Sequence record: DRR723986_622
Strand: one strand, 5' to 3'
DNA: 64,000 nucleotides
Of this stretch, positions 1-11,712 are shown piece after piece. The notes under the pieces were generated by a model, which saw nothing but the letters and a program-made list of their open reading frames with translations, was not told the origin of the DNA and made no database searches. The position numbers were made by a program, and so were the translations under genes. Each line of letters starts with the position of its first letter. Within the stretch, counting starts at the first letter, position 1.

Positions 1-45
1 CAACTGGCATCATTGCGGATAATCACATAAAATTAAATCAGCTGA

Positions 46-465
46 TTACTTCTCTTTCTCAAAATCCAAGCTCACCGAATTAATACAATATCTAATTCCT
101 CCCTGGTCTGAAGGACCATCTGGAAAGCGATGACCTAGATGCGAACCGCAATTTGCGCAAAGGATCTCCTCACGGATCATTCCATGGGTATAGTCCATGT
201 GTACGTCGATAGCTTCCGGTTTTACCGGTTTGGTGAAACTTGGCCAGCCGCAACCGCTGTCGTATTTATTGGAGGAGTGAAAAATCTCGTTCCCACAGGC
301 TTTGCACTCATAAATGCCTGTTTCTTTATTCAGGTAGTATTCTCCCGTGAATGCTTTTTCAGTTCCTTTTTCCCGTAGAACTCGGTAGGAGTCTGGATCA
401 AGTTCTTGACGGTATTGCTCTTCAGTTTTCTGTACTGGATATAATTTCTTGTCTTGATTTTTCAT
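46..465 (-). CDS. msrB: Peptide-methionine (R)-S-oxide reductase MsrB
   Basis: GTEKAFTGEY, two CxxC zinc motifs (CKAC, CANC), SGCGWPSF, HLGHRF and catalytic RYCINS. Confidence 0.97.
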   Translation of the reverse strand: MKNQDKKLYPVQKTEEQYRQELDPDSYRVLREKGTEKAFTGEYYLNKETGIYECKACGNEIFHSSNKYDSGCGWPSFTKPVKPEAIDVHMDYTHGMIREEILCANCGSHLGHRFPDGPSDQGGIRYCINSVSLDFEKEK

Positions 466-534
466 GGTTTTTTCCTTTAGGGGTTAAACTCCCTGATTTG
501 AAAAGAAGTTTCGAAAAGTGAAAATGCAGAAATG

Positions 535-1725
535 CTAACTAGGGAAAACCTTCTCAATTGCCCTCAAAATCACTTCGCAAGCTTCATGAATCTGCTCCTC
601 GGTAATGGTAAGTGGTGGTGCTATTCGCATGGCATCGTCACAAAATAAAAACCAATCAGTGATTACACCCATTTCAATGGCGGTATCGATAATTGGTTTC
701 AACACATCAAAGGACTCAAACTCAACAGCCATCAACAATCCCTTATTTCTGATGCTTTTGATTTTTGGATGTATCAGGAGGGACTTGATCAAATTGGCTT
801 TCTCTTCTACAAGCTCTATGAGCTTTTCTTCCAAAAGAATCTCGATAGTCGCTAGAGAAGCAGCAGAACTCACTGGATGTCCTCCAAATGTAGTAATATG
901 TCCAAGGATAGGGTTGTTTTTGAAAACTCCCATCACTTCCTTATTAGCGATAAAGGCACCGATTGGCATGCCTCCGCCCATTCCTTTGGCACAAACTACG
1001 ATATCGGGGATAATTCCAACATGCTCGAAAGCCCAGAATTTACCGGTTCTTCCAAAACCACACTGTACTTCATCGAGTATCAATAAAGTACCTGTTTCAT
1101 CACATCGCTTACGTAGAGCCTGAAAAAATTTGTTCTCGGCAACTCGGATTCCTGCTTCACCCTGCACGGTTTCTATTAAAACAGCTGCTGTCTCCGAATC
1201 AATACTTTGCAAATCAGAAATATCCCCATAATTGATATGACTAATCCCTGGAAGTAACGGTCTGTAGGCTTGCTTAAAAATCTCGTTTCCTCCCACACTT
1301 AGGGAGCCATGTGAACTTCCGTGATAGGCGTTTACACAGGAAATCAACTTTGGCTTTCCGGTATATCGCTTTGCAAGTTTCAATGCGCCTTCGATTGCTT
1401 CGCTTCCGCTATTTACCAAATACACATTATCCAAATGCTTTGGCAGCGTATCGCAAAGCGCTTTTGCAAGTAAAGACTGGGGACTTTGTACATACTCACC
1501 GTACACCATAAGATGCAGGTATTTATCCAGTTGGTTTTGAATTGCTTCCAGTACTTTTGGATGCCTGTGTCCGACGTTGCTCACTCCGATACCCGAAATG
1601 AGATCAATGTATTTCTCTCCTTTAGGTCCAAAAAGATAGATTCCTTCCGCCTTTTCCACTTCGATCATCAAAGGGAAATCAGTTGTTTGTGCTAGATGCT
1701 GGAGGAAAAGTTGGCGGTTATTCAT
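535..1725 (-). CDS. Class III PLP-dependent aminotransferase (acetylornithine/ornithine aminotransferase-like)
   Basis: DLISGIGVSNVGH, NSGSEA, YHG, ETVQGEAG, DEVQCGFGR, PLP lysine in AKGMGGG, TTFGGHP. Confidence 0.9.
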   Translation of the reverse strand: MNNRQLFLQHLAQTTDFPLMIEVEKAEGIYLFGPKGEKYIDLISGIGVSNVGHRHPKVLEAIQNQLDKYLHLMVYGEYVQSPQSLLAKALCDTLPKHLDNVYLVNSGSEAIEGALKLAKRYTGKPKLISCVNAYHGSSHGSLSVGGNEIFKQAYRPLLPGISHINYGDISDLQSIDSETAAVLIETVQGEAGIRVAENKFFQALRKRCDETGTLLILDEVQCGFGRTGKFWAFEHVGIIPDIVVCAKGMGGGMPIGAFIANKEVMGVFKNNPILGHITTFGGHPVSSAASLATIEILLEEKLIELVEEKANLIKSLLIHPKIKSIRNKGLLMAVEFESFDVLKPIIDTAIEMGVITDWFLFCDDAMRIAPPLTITEEQIHEACEVILRAIEKVFPS

Positions 1726-1739
1726 TACTAAGGTGTAGT

Positions 1740-2636
1740 TTAAAAGCTTGAGAATCTAAAGAAGATTCCCAGCGGTAGTTTTTTATTTTGATTGTCCTGA
1801 AGATAGAGTTCCCCGTGTTCGGCATTCTGCACATTTTTGAATGTGGTATTGATCAAATTGGCAGCGATCAGGGATGAGAAACTTAGGGAATACATGTTGA
1901 GCAAGAGAAAGTGATCTTTTGGATCCAAAATCTCCGCACATACCTTTAGCATTTCATTGATCTGCTCTTCCAGAACCCATTTTTCTCCGTCCGGACCACG
2001 GCCATAAGCGGGAGGATCCAGGATAATTCCATTGTATTTATTTCCTCGACGTGCTTCTCGTTTGATGAATTTCATCGCATCATCTACCATCCAGCGAATG
2101 TCGGATTGGCCGGAAGATTCCATGTTGTGTCTCGACCAAGTCACTACTTGTTTTACAGAATCCAAGTGCGTGACATCAGCACCTGCGGCTTTTGCAGCTA
2201 CACTTGCTGCTCCAGTATAGGCAAAAAGATTTAATACTTTTGGTTTCGAAACTGGAGAACGCTGTATCGTTTTGTAGAGGTAGTCCCAGTTTACAGCTTG
2301 CTCAGGAAAGAGACCAATATGCTTGAATGAAGTTTGCGCAAGATTAAGCTTTAGACTTAAGCCATCAGAATTGTTATATTCAATTGCCCAGTTATGGGGC
2401 ATTTTTTTCAATTGCTCCCAATTTCCTTTTTCAGGATTGCTTTTTTCTTTTGCAAAATGCGCATGAGCTAGATTTCTCCATTCACTTTCTGGAAGGGTTT
2501 TGTCCCAGATTGCCTGTGGCTCCGGTCTACTGAGGATAAACTCTCCAAATCGCTCTAATTTCTCAAATCCTCCAGTATCAATTAGTTCGTAATCTTTCCA
2601 AGGGCCAGGACAAAGTGATAATATTGATTCGCTCAT
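1740..2636 (-). CDS. Class I SAM-dependent methyltransferase (RlmI/RlmK-like)
   Basis: GLFPEQ, LNLFAYTG SAM-binding loop, ILDPPAYGRG. Confidence 0.85.
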   Translation of the reverse strand: MSESILSLCPGPWKDYELIDTGGFEKLERFGEFILSRPEPQAIWDKTLPESEWRNLAHAHFAKEKSNPEKGNWEQLKKMPHNWAIEYNNSDGLSLKLNLAQTSFKHIGLFPEQAVNWDYLYKTIQRSPVSKPKVLNLFAYTGAASVAAKAAGADVTHLDSVKQVVTWSRHNMESSGQSDIRWMVDDAMKFIKREARRGNKYNGIILDPPAYGRGPDGEKWVLEEQINEMLKVCAEILDPKDHFLLLNMYSLSFSSLIAANLINTTFKNVQNAEHGELYLQDNQNKKLPLGIFFRFSSF

Positions 2637-2657
2637 AGGGTGTCTTTATTAGGGTAG

Positions 2658-2665
2658 CAAAAATA
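2658..2665 (-). promoter_or_regulatory. Bacteroidota sigma-A -7 element (TATTTTTG) for the methyltransferase-aminotransferase-msrB genes
   Basis: CAAAAATA on + strand matches TAnnTTTG on - strand, 21 nt upstream of the ATG at 2636. Confidence 0.6.
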
Positions 2666-2968
2666 AGAAATTAATCGGAGGCTAGACCAGACTGCGCTTT
2701 TTAGGCAAAATCTCAAGATGTTCGGGGTGAAAGGTTTCTTTGGTTTTGCCTTTTCAACAAGGCTAAATTGGATTAATTGTTTGTTCAACCATGGTCCTAT
2801 CTGGTCATGATTCAAATTAAGTGGATTGGTTTTCAGGACTCTAATTGCAGCAGGCTTTCCCTATCGTAAGGTTAAACCTGATTTTTTGTACTTTTAGCTT
2901 TATTTCGAAAATTAGAGAGAACAAGTTCTCAATTATTTCATCGCCCTATTAGCAACCTGAGCTCTAAG

Positions 2969-3790
2969 ATGTCCAAGAAATTTATTGACATAGAAAAATC
3001 TATAGAATCCAAAAACCCTGCGCTTTTGAAATGGATGCCGGGCTTTTTGCTCAGGTATATAAAGCGGGTAACTCATGAAGAATGGATGAATGATGTGCTG
3101 GATAAGGTAGACCATTTGCATGGAATCGACTTCGGTAATGGAATAATCAAAGAACTTAACATTGATGTTGAGCTTATAGGAGCAGAGAATATTCCAAAGA
3201 CAGGTGGGATTATAATTGCAGCTAATCATCCTCTAGGAGGTATAGATGGAATTGCGCTGATGAAAGCAATAGGACAAGTAAGGCCAGATATGAGATTTCT
3301 TGTCAATGATTTGTTGATGGCTCTTAAAAACTTTGATCCTTTATTTATCCCAATCAATAAACATGGTAAGAATTCTGGAGACACTCTGGCGGCAATAGAA
3401 GCCGCATATTCAGGTGGTTATGCTGTTTTAATCTTTCCTGCGGGATTAGTTTCAAGGAAAGATGATACTGGAATTCGTGATTTGCAATGGAAAAAGAGCT
3501 TTATTTCTAAAGCGAAGAAATACAAAAAAGATGTACTACCTTGTTTTATTGAAGGTGAAAACTCCAAATTTTTCTACAATTTGGCTTATTGGAGAAAGAG
3601 AATAGGTATAAAAGCTAATATTGAGATGTTTTACCTAGCTGATGAATTATATAAGCAGCAAGGAAAAAAAGTGGTGATCACTGTAGGTGAACAAATTTCC
3701 TATCAGACCTTCGATTCTTCCAAAACGGATGCGCAATGGGCTGAAAAAATGAAGGATTTGGTTTACGAACTTGGTAAAAAGAATGAATAA
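2969..3790 (+). CDS. PlsC-family O-acyltransferase (GlsA/OlsA-like, amino-lipid synthesis)
   Basis: NHPLGGIDG (HxxxxD) and IFPAG acyltransferase motifs; overlaps a GNAT N-acyltransferase gene. Confidence 0.85.
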   Translation: MSKKFIDIEKSIESKNPALLKWMPGFLLRYIKRVTHEEWMNDVLDKVDHLHGIDFGNGIIKELNIDVELIGAENIPKTGGIIIAANHPLGGIDGIALMKAIGQVRPDMRFLVNDLLMALKNFDPLFIPINKHGKNSGDTLAAIEAAYSGGYAVLIFPAGLVSRKDDTGIRDLQWKKSFISKAKKYKKDVLPCFIEGENSKFFYNLAYWRKRIGIKANIEMFYLADELYKQQGKKVVITVGEQISYQTFDSSKTDAQWAEKMKDLVYELGKKNE

Positions 3791-4742
3791 AGAAGCAGAA
3801 ATAATTCCGGCAATTGACAAAGAACTATTAAAGTCAGAGTTGACACCGGATCGATTTTTACGATATACAAATAATGGAGACAATCTGGTTTACCTGGTTA
3901 ATTTTCATAATTCACCGAATGTTGTTCGTGAGATAGGACGGTTGCGGGAATTGACCTTTAGAGCTGCAGGCGGAGGGACTGGCCTGGAACTTGATCTTGA
4001 TGAAAATGATATTTGTGAAAATTGCTACGATCAGCTAATTACTTGGAATCCTGTAGATGAAGAAATTGTAGCTGGTTACAGATTGATTAATTGTAAGAAT
4101 TCAATCAATGCTGACGGAAGCATAAATCTTTCTACTACCCATTTATTTGATTTTACAGATCGTTTTATTCAGGATTACATCCCGTATACGATCGAGCTCG
4201 GGAGATCTTTTGTACAACCAAAATACCAGCCTGCGCTTGATAATAGGAAAGGTATTTTTAGTCTTGATAATCTTTGGGATGGATTAGGGGCGGTGGTTTT
4301 GCTGAATCCGGAGGTGAAGTATCTTTTTGGTAAAGTTACGATGTACCCTCATTTCAGTCGGGAAGCTAGAGATTTGCTGCTGATGTTTATGAATTATTAT
4401 TTTCCTGATAAGGATGGATTAGTGAAGCCTAAGGATAATTTGAAGCTGGGCTATGAAACTGATCTTCCTAAAGCCGGAAACCCATTTGAAGGCTTAGAAT
4501 ATAAGGAAGGCTATAAATTGCTCAATGGAAGGATTCGGGCTTATGGGGAGAATATTCCTCCATTGATCAACACCTATATGAATCTTTCTCCAACCATGAT
4601 GACATTTGGCACTGCTCTTAATGATGAGTTTGGTGAAGTAGAAGAAACGGGGATTTTAATTACCCTGGAGGATATCTACGAAACTAAAAAGCATAGGCAC
4701 ATGGATACGTTCGAAAGAGATAGGGTATTTGGAAGTAGGTAA
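3783..4742 (+). CDS. GNAT (Acetyltransf_5/OlsB family) N-acyltransferase, GlsB-like
   Basis: EIGRLRELTFRAAGGG, ELGRSFVQP, LWDGLG, IPPLINTYM; ATG at 3783 preferred, overlapping the upstream gene by 8 nt. Confidence 0.85.
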   Translation: MNKEAEIIPAIDKELLKSELTPDRFLRYTNNGDNLVYLVNFHNSPNVVREIGRLRELTFRAAGGGTGLELDLDENDICENCYDQLITWNPVDEEIVAGYRLINCKNSINADGSINLSTTHLFDFTDRFIQDYIPYTIELGRSFVQPKYQPALDNRKGIFSLDNLWDGLGAVVLLNPEVKYLFGKVTMYPHFSREARDLLLMFMNYYFPDKDGLVKPKDNLKLGYETDLPKAGNPFEGLEYKEGYKLLNGRIRAYGENIPPLINTYMNLSPTMMTFGTALNDEFGEVEETGILITLEDIYETKKHRHMDTFERDRVFGSR

Positions 4743-4743
4743 G

Positions 4744-5112
4744 ATGGAAAAGTTAACCCTGATCGTAGGAGCAACTACAAATACATCAAGATTTGCCTAT
4801 ATCGCTGCAGACAGATTGGCTGATAAAGGCATTCCTTTTTTGCCGATTGGAATTAAATCGGGAGAAGTCTTTGGTCAAAAAATTCTTGATCTTAGAAGTA
4901 AGCCTGAACTCCAAGATATACATACAATCACACTCTATATTGGCCCTGCTCATCAGGAGGAGTGGATTGATTATTTGATCAGTCTTTCGCCTAAAAGAAT
5001 CATCTTCAACCCTGGAACTGAGAATCCTACCTTCTTTCAGGAAGCTGAAGCTGCGGGAATTGAAGTTTTGAGGGCTTGTACTTTGGTTATGTTGAGTACA
5101 AATCAATATTAA
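4744..5112 (+). CDS. CoA-binding protein (YccU-like Rossmann fold)
   Basis: TLIVGAT, TITLYIG, IIFNPGTEN, ACTLVML; ATG at 4744 lies 1 nt after the previous stop. Confidence 0.88.
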   Translation: MEKLTLIVGATTNTSRFAYIAADRLADKGIPFLPIGIKSGEVFGQKILDLRSKPELQDIHTITLYIGPAHQEEWIDYLISLSPKRIIFNPGTENPTFFQEAEAAGIEVLRACTLVMLSTNQY

Positions 5113-5262
5113 AACCCTTGTCAACCAACCTGTTGACTTGATCTTTCTTAAATCCTTTTTTGTGTAACTGATGATCGGTAAACGCTGTGTAAAGTCACAA
5201 TTTTTGCCTATCTTGCCGAATCTAAAAAAGAACATAAAATCACCTTTTTAGACCCAATTTGA

Positions 5263-7239
<1,977 letters not shown>

Positions 7240-7245
7240 TCATTC

Positions 7246-7271
7246 AAGGGGGCTTTTCAGCCCCTTTTTTT
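7246..7271 (+). terminator. Intrinsic terminator after gyrB
   Basis: GC-rich hairpin GGGGCT-TTTC-AGCCCC followed by a T run. Confidence 0.8.
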
Positions 7272-7332
7272 AATTGTTAACATAATCATAAACCCAAATT
7301 AAGCAAGCATCACTTAACTTGCTTCTAACTAT

Positions 7333-7340
7333 TAACTTTG
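7333..7340 (+). promoter_or_regulatory. -7 element TAACTTTG upstream of ppk1
   Basis: Exact TAnnTTTG match just before the ATG at 7347. Confidence 0.55.
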
Positions 7341-7346
7341 AAAGAG

Positions 7347-9470
7347 ATGAAATTGGAAGTTGTTGAAAAATACGATTCGATAATACAACATAGTGATCTG
7401 GTAAGCAGGGATTTAAGTTGGTTAAGATTCAACGAACGTGTGTTGGATCAATCCAAAAAATCTCACCGTAGTGTTTTTGAAAAGCTTAAGTTTCTTGCTA
7501 TTACGGCTTCCAATTTGGATGAGTTTTTCATGATTCGTGTAGGGTCACTATATAATTATCTTGATTACGATAAGGAAAGGGTTGATTATTCGGGATTAAG
7601 AGAAGAGCCTTTCAAGGCTAAATTGATGAATGATAGTCATATTTTTCATCAAGCTCAGCATGAACATTTCACTAAGACGATAATGCCTGAGCTTCAGGAG
7701 CAAGGAGTAGTGCTATGTAATATTTCAAAGCTTACCGAGAAGGAGCAGGAGAAAGTGCAGGATTACTTTATAAAAGCTATTTACCCTATGCTTACTCCGA
7801 TGGTTTATGATGGCTATCGCACCTTTCCTATATTGATGAATAAACTTTTGGTTTTTGGTGTAGTGACTACCAGTCCAGGAGATAGACAGGATATGCGCAA
7901 GATGAGTTTTGTGCAAATTCCTGCAAATATTCCAAGGTTCTTCGAAATTGAACGAGAGGATTCTTTATTGCTGATTCCTATTGAAGAAGTAATACGGGAA
8001 AATATTATCTCACTATTTAGAAATGTAGATATAGAAGGAATTACTCTTTTCAGAATCACCAGAAATGGGGATTTTACATTGGAAGAAAGTGAAGATATGG
8101 ACGCAAACTTCTTGGAGGAAGTAAAGCGCAAATTGATGGAAAGAAAGAGCGGGAGGGTAGTTAAGATAGAAATCGAAGAAGGCTACAGTAAGTGGATGAT
8201 GAATTCACTTTTGGAGAGATGGAATCTCAAAATGGATTCGGTATTTCTGATAAAAAGAGAAAGCCTCATAGATTTTACTGGCCTTTGGCAGATCGTCGGA
8301 AACAAAAAATTCCGTGAGCGCTTACCACAAATCCCTGATCCTGTAAAGCCTCTGTCTTACCAGGATGAAGGAGTTGCAGATATTTTTGATGTTCTGAAAG
8401 AGAAAGATATTCTTCTTCATCATCCCTATAACAACATTGATTCTATTTTAGATTTGATAGAAAAAGCATCTGAAGATCCGGATGTAATGGCTATCAAAAT
8501 GACCATTTATCGACTTGCCAAAGAAAGTAGAATAACCAAAGCACTGCTAAAAGCAGCTGAAAATGGCAAACACGTTTCGGTTCTTTTTGAAGTGAAAGCG
8601 AGATTTGATGAGGAGAATAATATCCGAGAGGCTAAGAAGCTGCAGAAGGCAGGTTGCTTTGTGATATACGGGATTTCTCATCTGAAGACCCACACCAAAC
8701 TACTACTCATCGTAAAGCGAGATGGAGGTGAAATCACTCGCTATGTTCATTTAGGTTCTGGTAATTATAACGAGGATACCGCGAGGCTTTATACGGATAT
8801 TGGATTAATGACTACCAATGAGACTTTAGCAAATGACGTTTCTGAGTTTTTCAACGTAATCACTGGGCACTCTATGCCTTCCCAATATCAAAACTTGATC
8901 ACTGCTCCTCGAGATATGAGAAATCAATTGATAGAGTATATAGAGAAGGAAGCTGAGAACGCAAGGAAAGGTTTGCCAAGTGGCATATTTATTAAAGTAA
9001 ACTCTCTGGAGGATTCTGAAATAATTTATGCTTTGTATCGCGCGTCGCAGTCAGGTGTTACCATCAAGCTGATTGTCCGAGGCATTTGTTGCATTAGGCC
9101 AGGGAGAGTGGGCTTGAGCGAAAATATTGAGGTGCTTTCTATTGTTGGGGATTTCTTGGAACATTCCAGGATCTATTATTTCCACAATAATGGTGACACT
9201 AGAACCTACGCTGGTAGTGCGGACATGATGGTTCGTAGTTTTGACAAGAGATTGGAAGCACTTTTCAAAGTGGAATCGCCTTTACTCGAAAAGCAGCTGA
9301 TGAATATTCTGGCTTATAACCTAAAGGATAATGTCAATGCTTATGTGATGCAGGAGGATGGCACTTATTTGGCAAAGCATCCAGTAGGGGATGAGCCTGA
9401 ATTCAATGTCCATCGTGAGTTCTTTAATTTGGATGCAGAAAATGTAGTTCAAGTGAAGCTTGTTGATTAA
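7347..9470 (+). CDS. ppk1: Polyphosphate kinase 1
   Basis: RDLSWLRFNERVL, SNLDEFFMIRV, LLHHPY, IKMTIYR, ARFDEENN, KTHTK, GNYN, FLEHSR, GSADMMVR; ATG at 7347 preferred over TTG at 7338. Confidence 0.96.
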   Translation: MKLEVVEKYDSIIQHSDLVSRDLSWLRFNERVLDQSKKSHRSVFEKLKFLAITASNLDEFFMIRVGSLYNYLDYDKERVDYSGLREEPFKAKLMNDSHIFHQAQHEHFTKTIMPELQEQGVVLCNISKLTEKEQEKVQDYFIKAIYPMLTPMVYDGYRTFPILMNKLLVFGVVTTSPGDRQDMRKMSFVQIPANIPRFFEIEREDSLLLIPIEEVIRENIISLFRNVDIEGITLFRITRNGDFTLEESEDMDANFLEEVKRKLMERKSGRVVKIEIEEGYSKWMMNSLLERWNLKMDSVFLIKRESLIDFTGLWQIVGNKKFRERLPQIPDPVKPLSYQDEGVADIFDVLKEKDILLHHPYNNIDSILDLIEKASEDPDVMAIKMTIYRLAKESRITKALLKAAENGKHVSVLFEVKARFDEENNIREAKKLQKAGCFVIYGISHLKTHTKLLLIVKRDGGEITRYVHLGSGNYNEDTARLYTDIGLMTTNETLANDVSEFFNVITGHSMPSQYQNLITAPRDMRNQLIEYIEKEAENARKGLPSGIFIKVNSLEDSEIIYALYRASQSGVTIKLIVRGICCIRPGRVGLSENIEVLSIVGDFLEHSRIYYFHNNGDTRTYAGSADMMVRSFDKRLEALFKVESPLLEKQLMNILAYNLKDNVNAYVMQEDGTYLAKHPVGDEPEFNVHREFFNLDAENVVQVKLVD

Positions 9471-9502
9471 AAATCAAGTTGCACTTTTTATGAAAATGAA
9501 GC

Positions 9503-9538
9503 CAATAAAGCATTGAGAATAAGCTCAATGCTTTATTG
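9503..9538. terminator. Probable bidirectional terminator between convergent ppk1 and the SLC13 gene
   Basis: Perfect 15-bp inverted repeat CAATAAAGCATTGAG / CTCAATGCTTTATTG with a 6-nt loop. Confidence 0.7.
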
Positions 9539-9603
9539 CGTTTTGGACTCTTGAAAATTTGCTCCGCTAAACTAGGAACTCATATCGTAATGAGTATTGC
9601 TCG

Positions 9604-11385
9604 TCAAAAAGGGAAGAAATATGGGATTCCAAACGTCGCCACAATCCAAAGCAATAGGTTGAGCGGAGTTCCCACTTTAATGTAATCACTAAATCTATAA
9701 TTCCCTGGCGTATAGATCATGGTATTTGTTTGATAGCCCATTGGAGTCATGAAACTCAGGCTGGCAGCAAAAGTTACAGCCATCAGCATTGGCCTGGAAT
9801 CTACATCCAAGGCCGCAGCAATACTGATAGCAATAGGAGCAAGCAAAGCCGCGGTCGCATTGTTGGACATCACGTTAGTCATCAGAAAGGTCAATGCAAA
9901 TAAGGCACTCATGACTGCCCGAGGACCAAACTGCCCTACACTTTCCACGATTGAGGTACCAATAAGCTCAGACCCACCAGTTTTTTCTAGAGCTAAACCC
10001 ATAGATAAAACTCCTGCAAGCATCAAAATCACTTTCCAGTCTATTGCTTTGTATGCTTGTTCTGTGTTCAATGATCCCACCACGATCAAGGCAATCGCTC
10101 CTGCTACTGCTGTGACAACGATTGGAAAAATTTCAAATGAAGCCAAGCCTATAATCAGGGCAAGTATGACTAGCGTTATTACTGTTTTTAACTTATTAAC
10201 AGGATGACTTTTAGATTCTGAAAGCAAAAGCAGATCATCACTCGCTTCTATACTTTGAATTGATTCCTCTGTTGCTCTTAGAAGCAAAATATCGCCGGCA
10301 CGCAAGTCAGTTTTAGAAAGCAGAGAGCTGAGCATATCAGATCTATGTCGAATTCCAATGACCAGAACCTGATTGTATAGTTTTTTGAAATTCAATGCTT
10401 TAATGCTTTTTCCTATCAGGAATGAATTAGGGGTGACCATTGCTTCATATAGTCGTTCTTCCTCAGTGACAATGTTTTCCTCATTCCATTTCAAGTCAGC
10501 TTTTAACTCAATTCCTTTCTGGGTCTTAATTTTCTCTAGGGTTTCTTTATCACAATTAATGCGAATGATATCACCTTCCTGAATTGATGTGTTAGGATAA
10601 ACCCGGACCTTTCGTCCATCGGATCGTATAATCTGCAGCGGTTTGATAGGGAGCTTTTCAAAAAGATTCTGCTTGAGTAGAGGCTCATTTAATTGTTCAA
10701 AATCGCTGAGTATAATGACCTCGGAAAGGTAATTTCCAAACTGAATACTGTCTCCCAATTCTGATTTTGGTTTACGACTAGGGGTTAACCAACTGCCTAT
10801 GGTCAGCATGTATATTAAACCTGTGGCAAAAAACACCAGTCCCATCAAACTCATTTCAAAAACACCAAATGAAGGTAACCCAGCTTTCTCAACTATTCCA
10901 CTCACCAAAATATTTGTACTAGTACCGAGAAGTGTACAAATTCCCCCCATCAATGCACCAAAAGAAAGTGGCATTAGAAGCTTTGAAGGCGGAATATTGT
11001 CTGTTTTATGAAGTTTTATTACAGCCGGCATAAGCAGAGCAACCACAGCGGTATCACTTATAAATGCCGAAAGAAAACCGGCAGAAAGCATTAAGGTAAA
11101 AAGCAGGTGGGTTTTACTTTTCCCTGCTTGAGAACTTAGCTGTTGAGTAAAGCTATCTAATAACCCGGTATTGAAAATTGCAGCCGATACCACAAACATA
11201 GCAGCTACTGTAATTGTAGCAGGATTTGAAAATCCAGATAGACCTTCTTCTACGTTCAAAATCCCAGTCAATAGAAAGGCGACCATTACGCCAATAGAAA
11301 CGGTGTCAATGGTGAATTTTTCAGTAATAAATAATATAATGGCAAACCCAATAATTGCAAAAACGAGACCGATTTCGAACGTCAT
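9604..11385 (-). CDS. SLC13/DASS-family anion permease with central TrkA-C (RCK_C) domains
   Basis: Many TM helices, GFSNPA, TLLGTSTN, MSNNATA, TPMGYQTN; soluble central region. Confidence 0.88.
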   Translation of the reverse strand: MTFEIGLVFAIIGFAIILFITEKFTIDTVSIGVMVAFLLTGILNVEEGLSGFSNPATITVAAMFVVSAAIFNTGLLDSFTQQLSSQAGKSKTHLLFTLMLSAGFLSAFISDTAVVALLMPAVIKLHKTDNIPPSKLLMPLSFGALMGGICTLLGTSTNILVSGIVEKAGLPSFGVFEMSLMGLVFFATGLIYMLTIGSWLTPSRKPKSELGDSIQFGNYLSEVIILSDFEQLNEPLLKQNLFEKLPIKPLQIIRSDGRKVRVYPNTSIQEGDIIRINCDKETLEKIKTQKGIELKADLKWNEENIVTEEERLYEAMVTPNSFLIGKSIKALNFKKLYNQVLVIGIRHRSDMLSSLLSKTDLRAGDILLLRATEESIQSIEASDDLLLLSESKSHPVNKLKTVITLVILALIIGLASFEIFPIVVTAVAGAIALIVVGSLNTEQAYKAIDWKVILMLAGVLSMGLALEKTGGSELIGTSIVESVGQFGPRAVMSALFALTFLMTNVMSNNATAALLAPIAISIAAALDVDSRPMLMAVTFAASLSFMTPMGYQTNTMIYTPGNYRFSDYIKVGTPLNLLLWIVATFGIPYFFPF

Positions 11386-11388
11386 GAA

Positions 11389-11664
11389 TTACATGTTTAG
11401 ATAGTTTCCTTTTTTTAATTTTTGACGGATACGGAAGTAACTCATGAACCCGACGATAATAAAAACGAAACTCAATCCAAATGCCAAGTAGCCCAAGTCA
11501 CGTACGTGGTCAAGTTCTTTAACTTCAAACAGCGCTGTGCCTGATACCAAAAAGTATAGTGAAGTGCGAATAAAAGAGAGCAAAGTCCTGTTATTTGCGA
11601 GTGTTGTACGTTGTCTGGCCAAATAATCACGAATTATTAATTCTCTTTCCAAGTCATTTTCCAT
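11389..11664 (-). CDS. DUF202 family small membrane protein (YidH-like)
   Basis: RDYLARQRTTLANNRTLLSFIRTS signature plus two TM segments; ATG at 11664 preferred. Confidence 0.85.
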   Translation of the reverse strand: MENDLERELIIRDYLARQRTTLANNRTLLSFIRTSLYFLVSGTALFEVKELDHVRDLGYLAFGLSFVFIIVGFMSYFRIRQKLKKGNYLNM

Positions 11665-11712
11665 ATTTGCATAGTATTTATTTATATTGAAATAATTCAA
11701 CATCCCTTAATT

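Noticed and set aside
2633-2815. 60-aa ORF upstream of the methyltransferase
   Set aside because: No recognisable features, a non-ATG start, and it contains the likely promoter of the downstream gene
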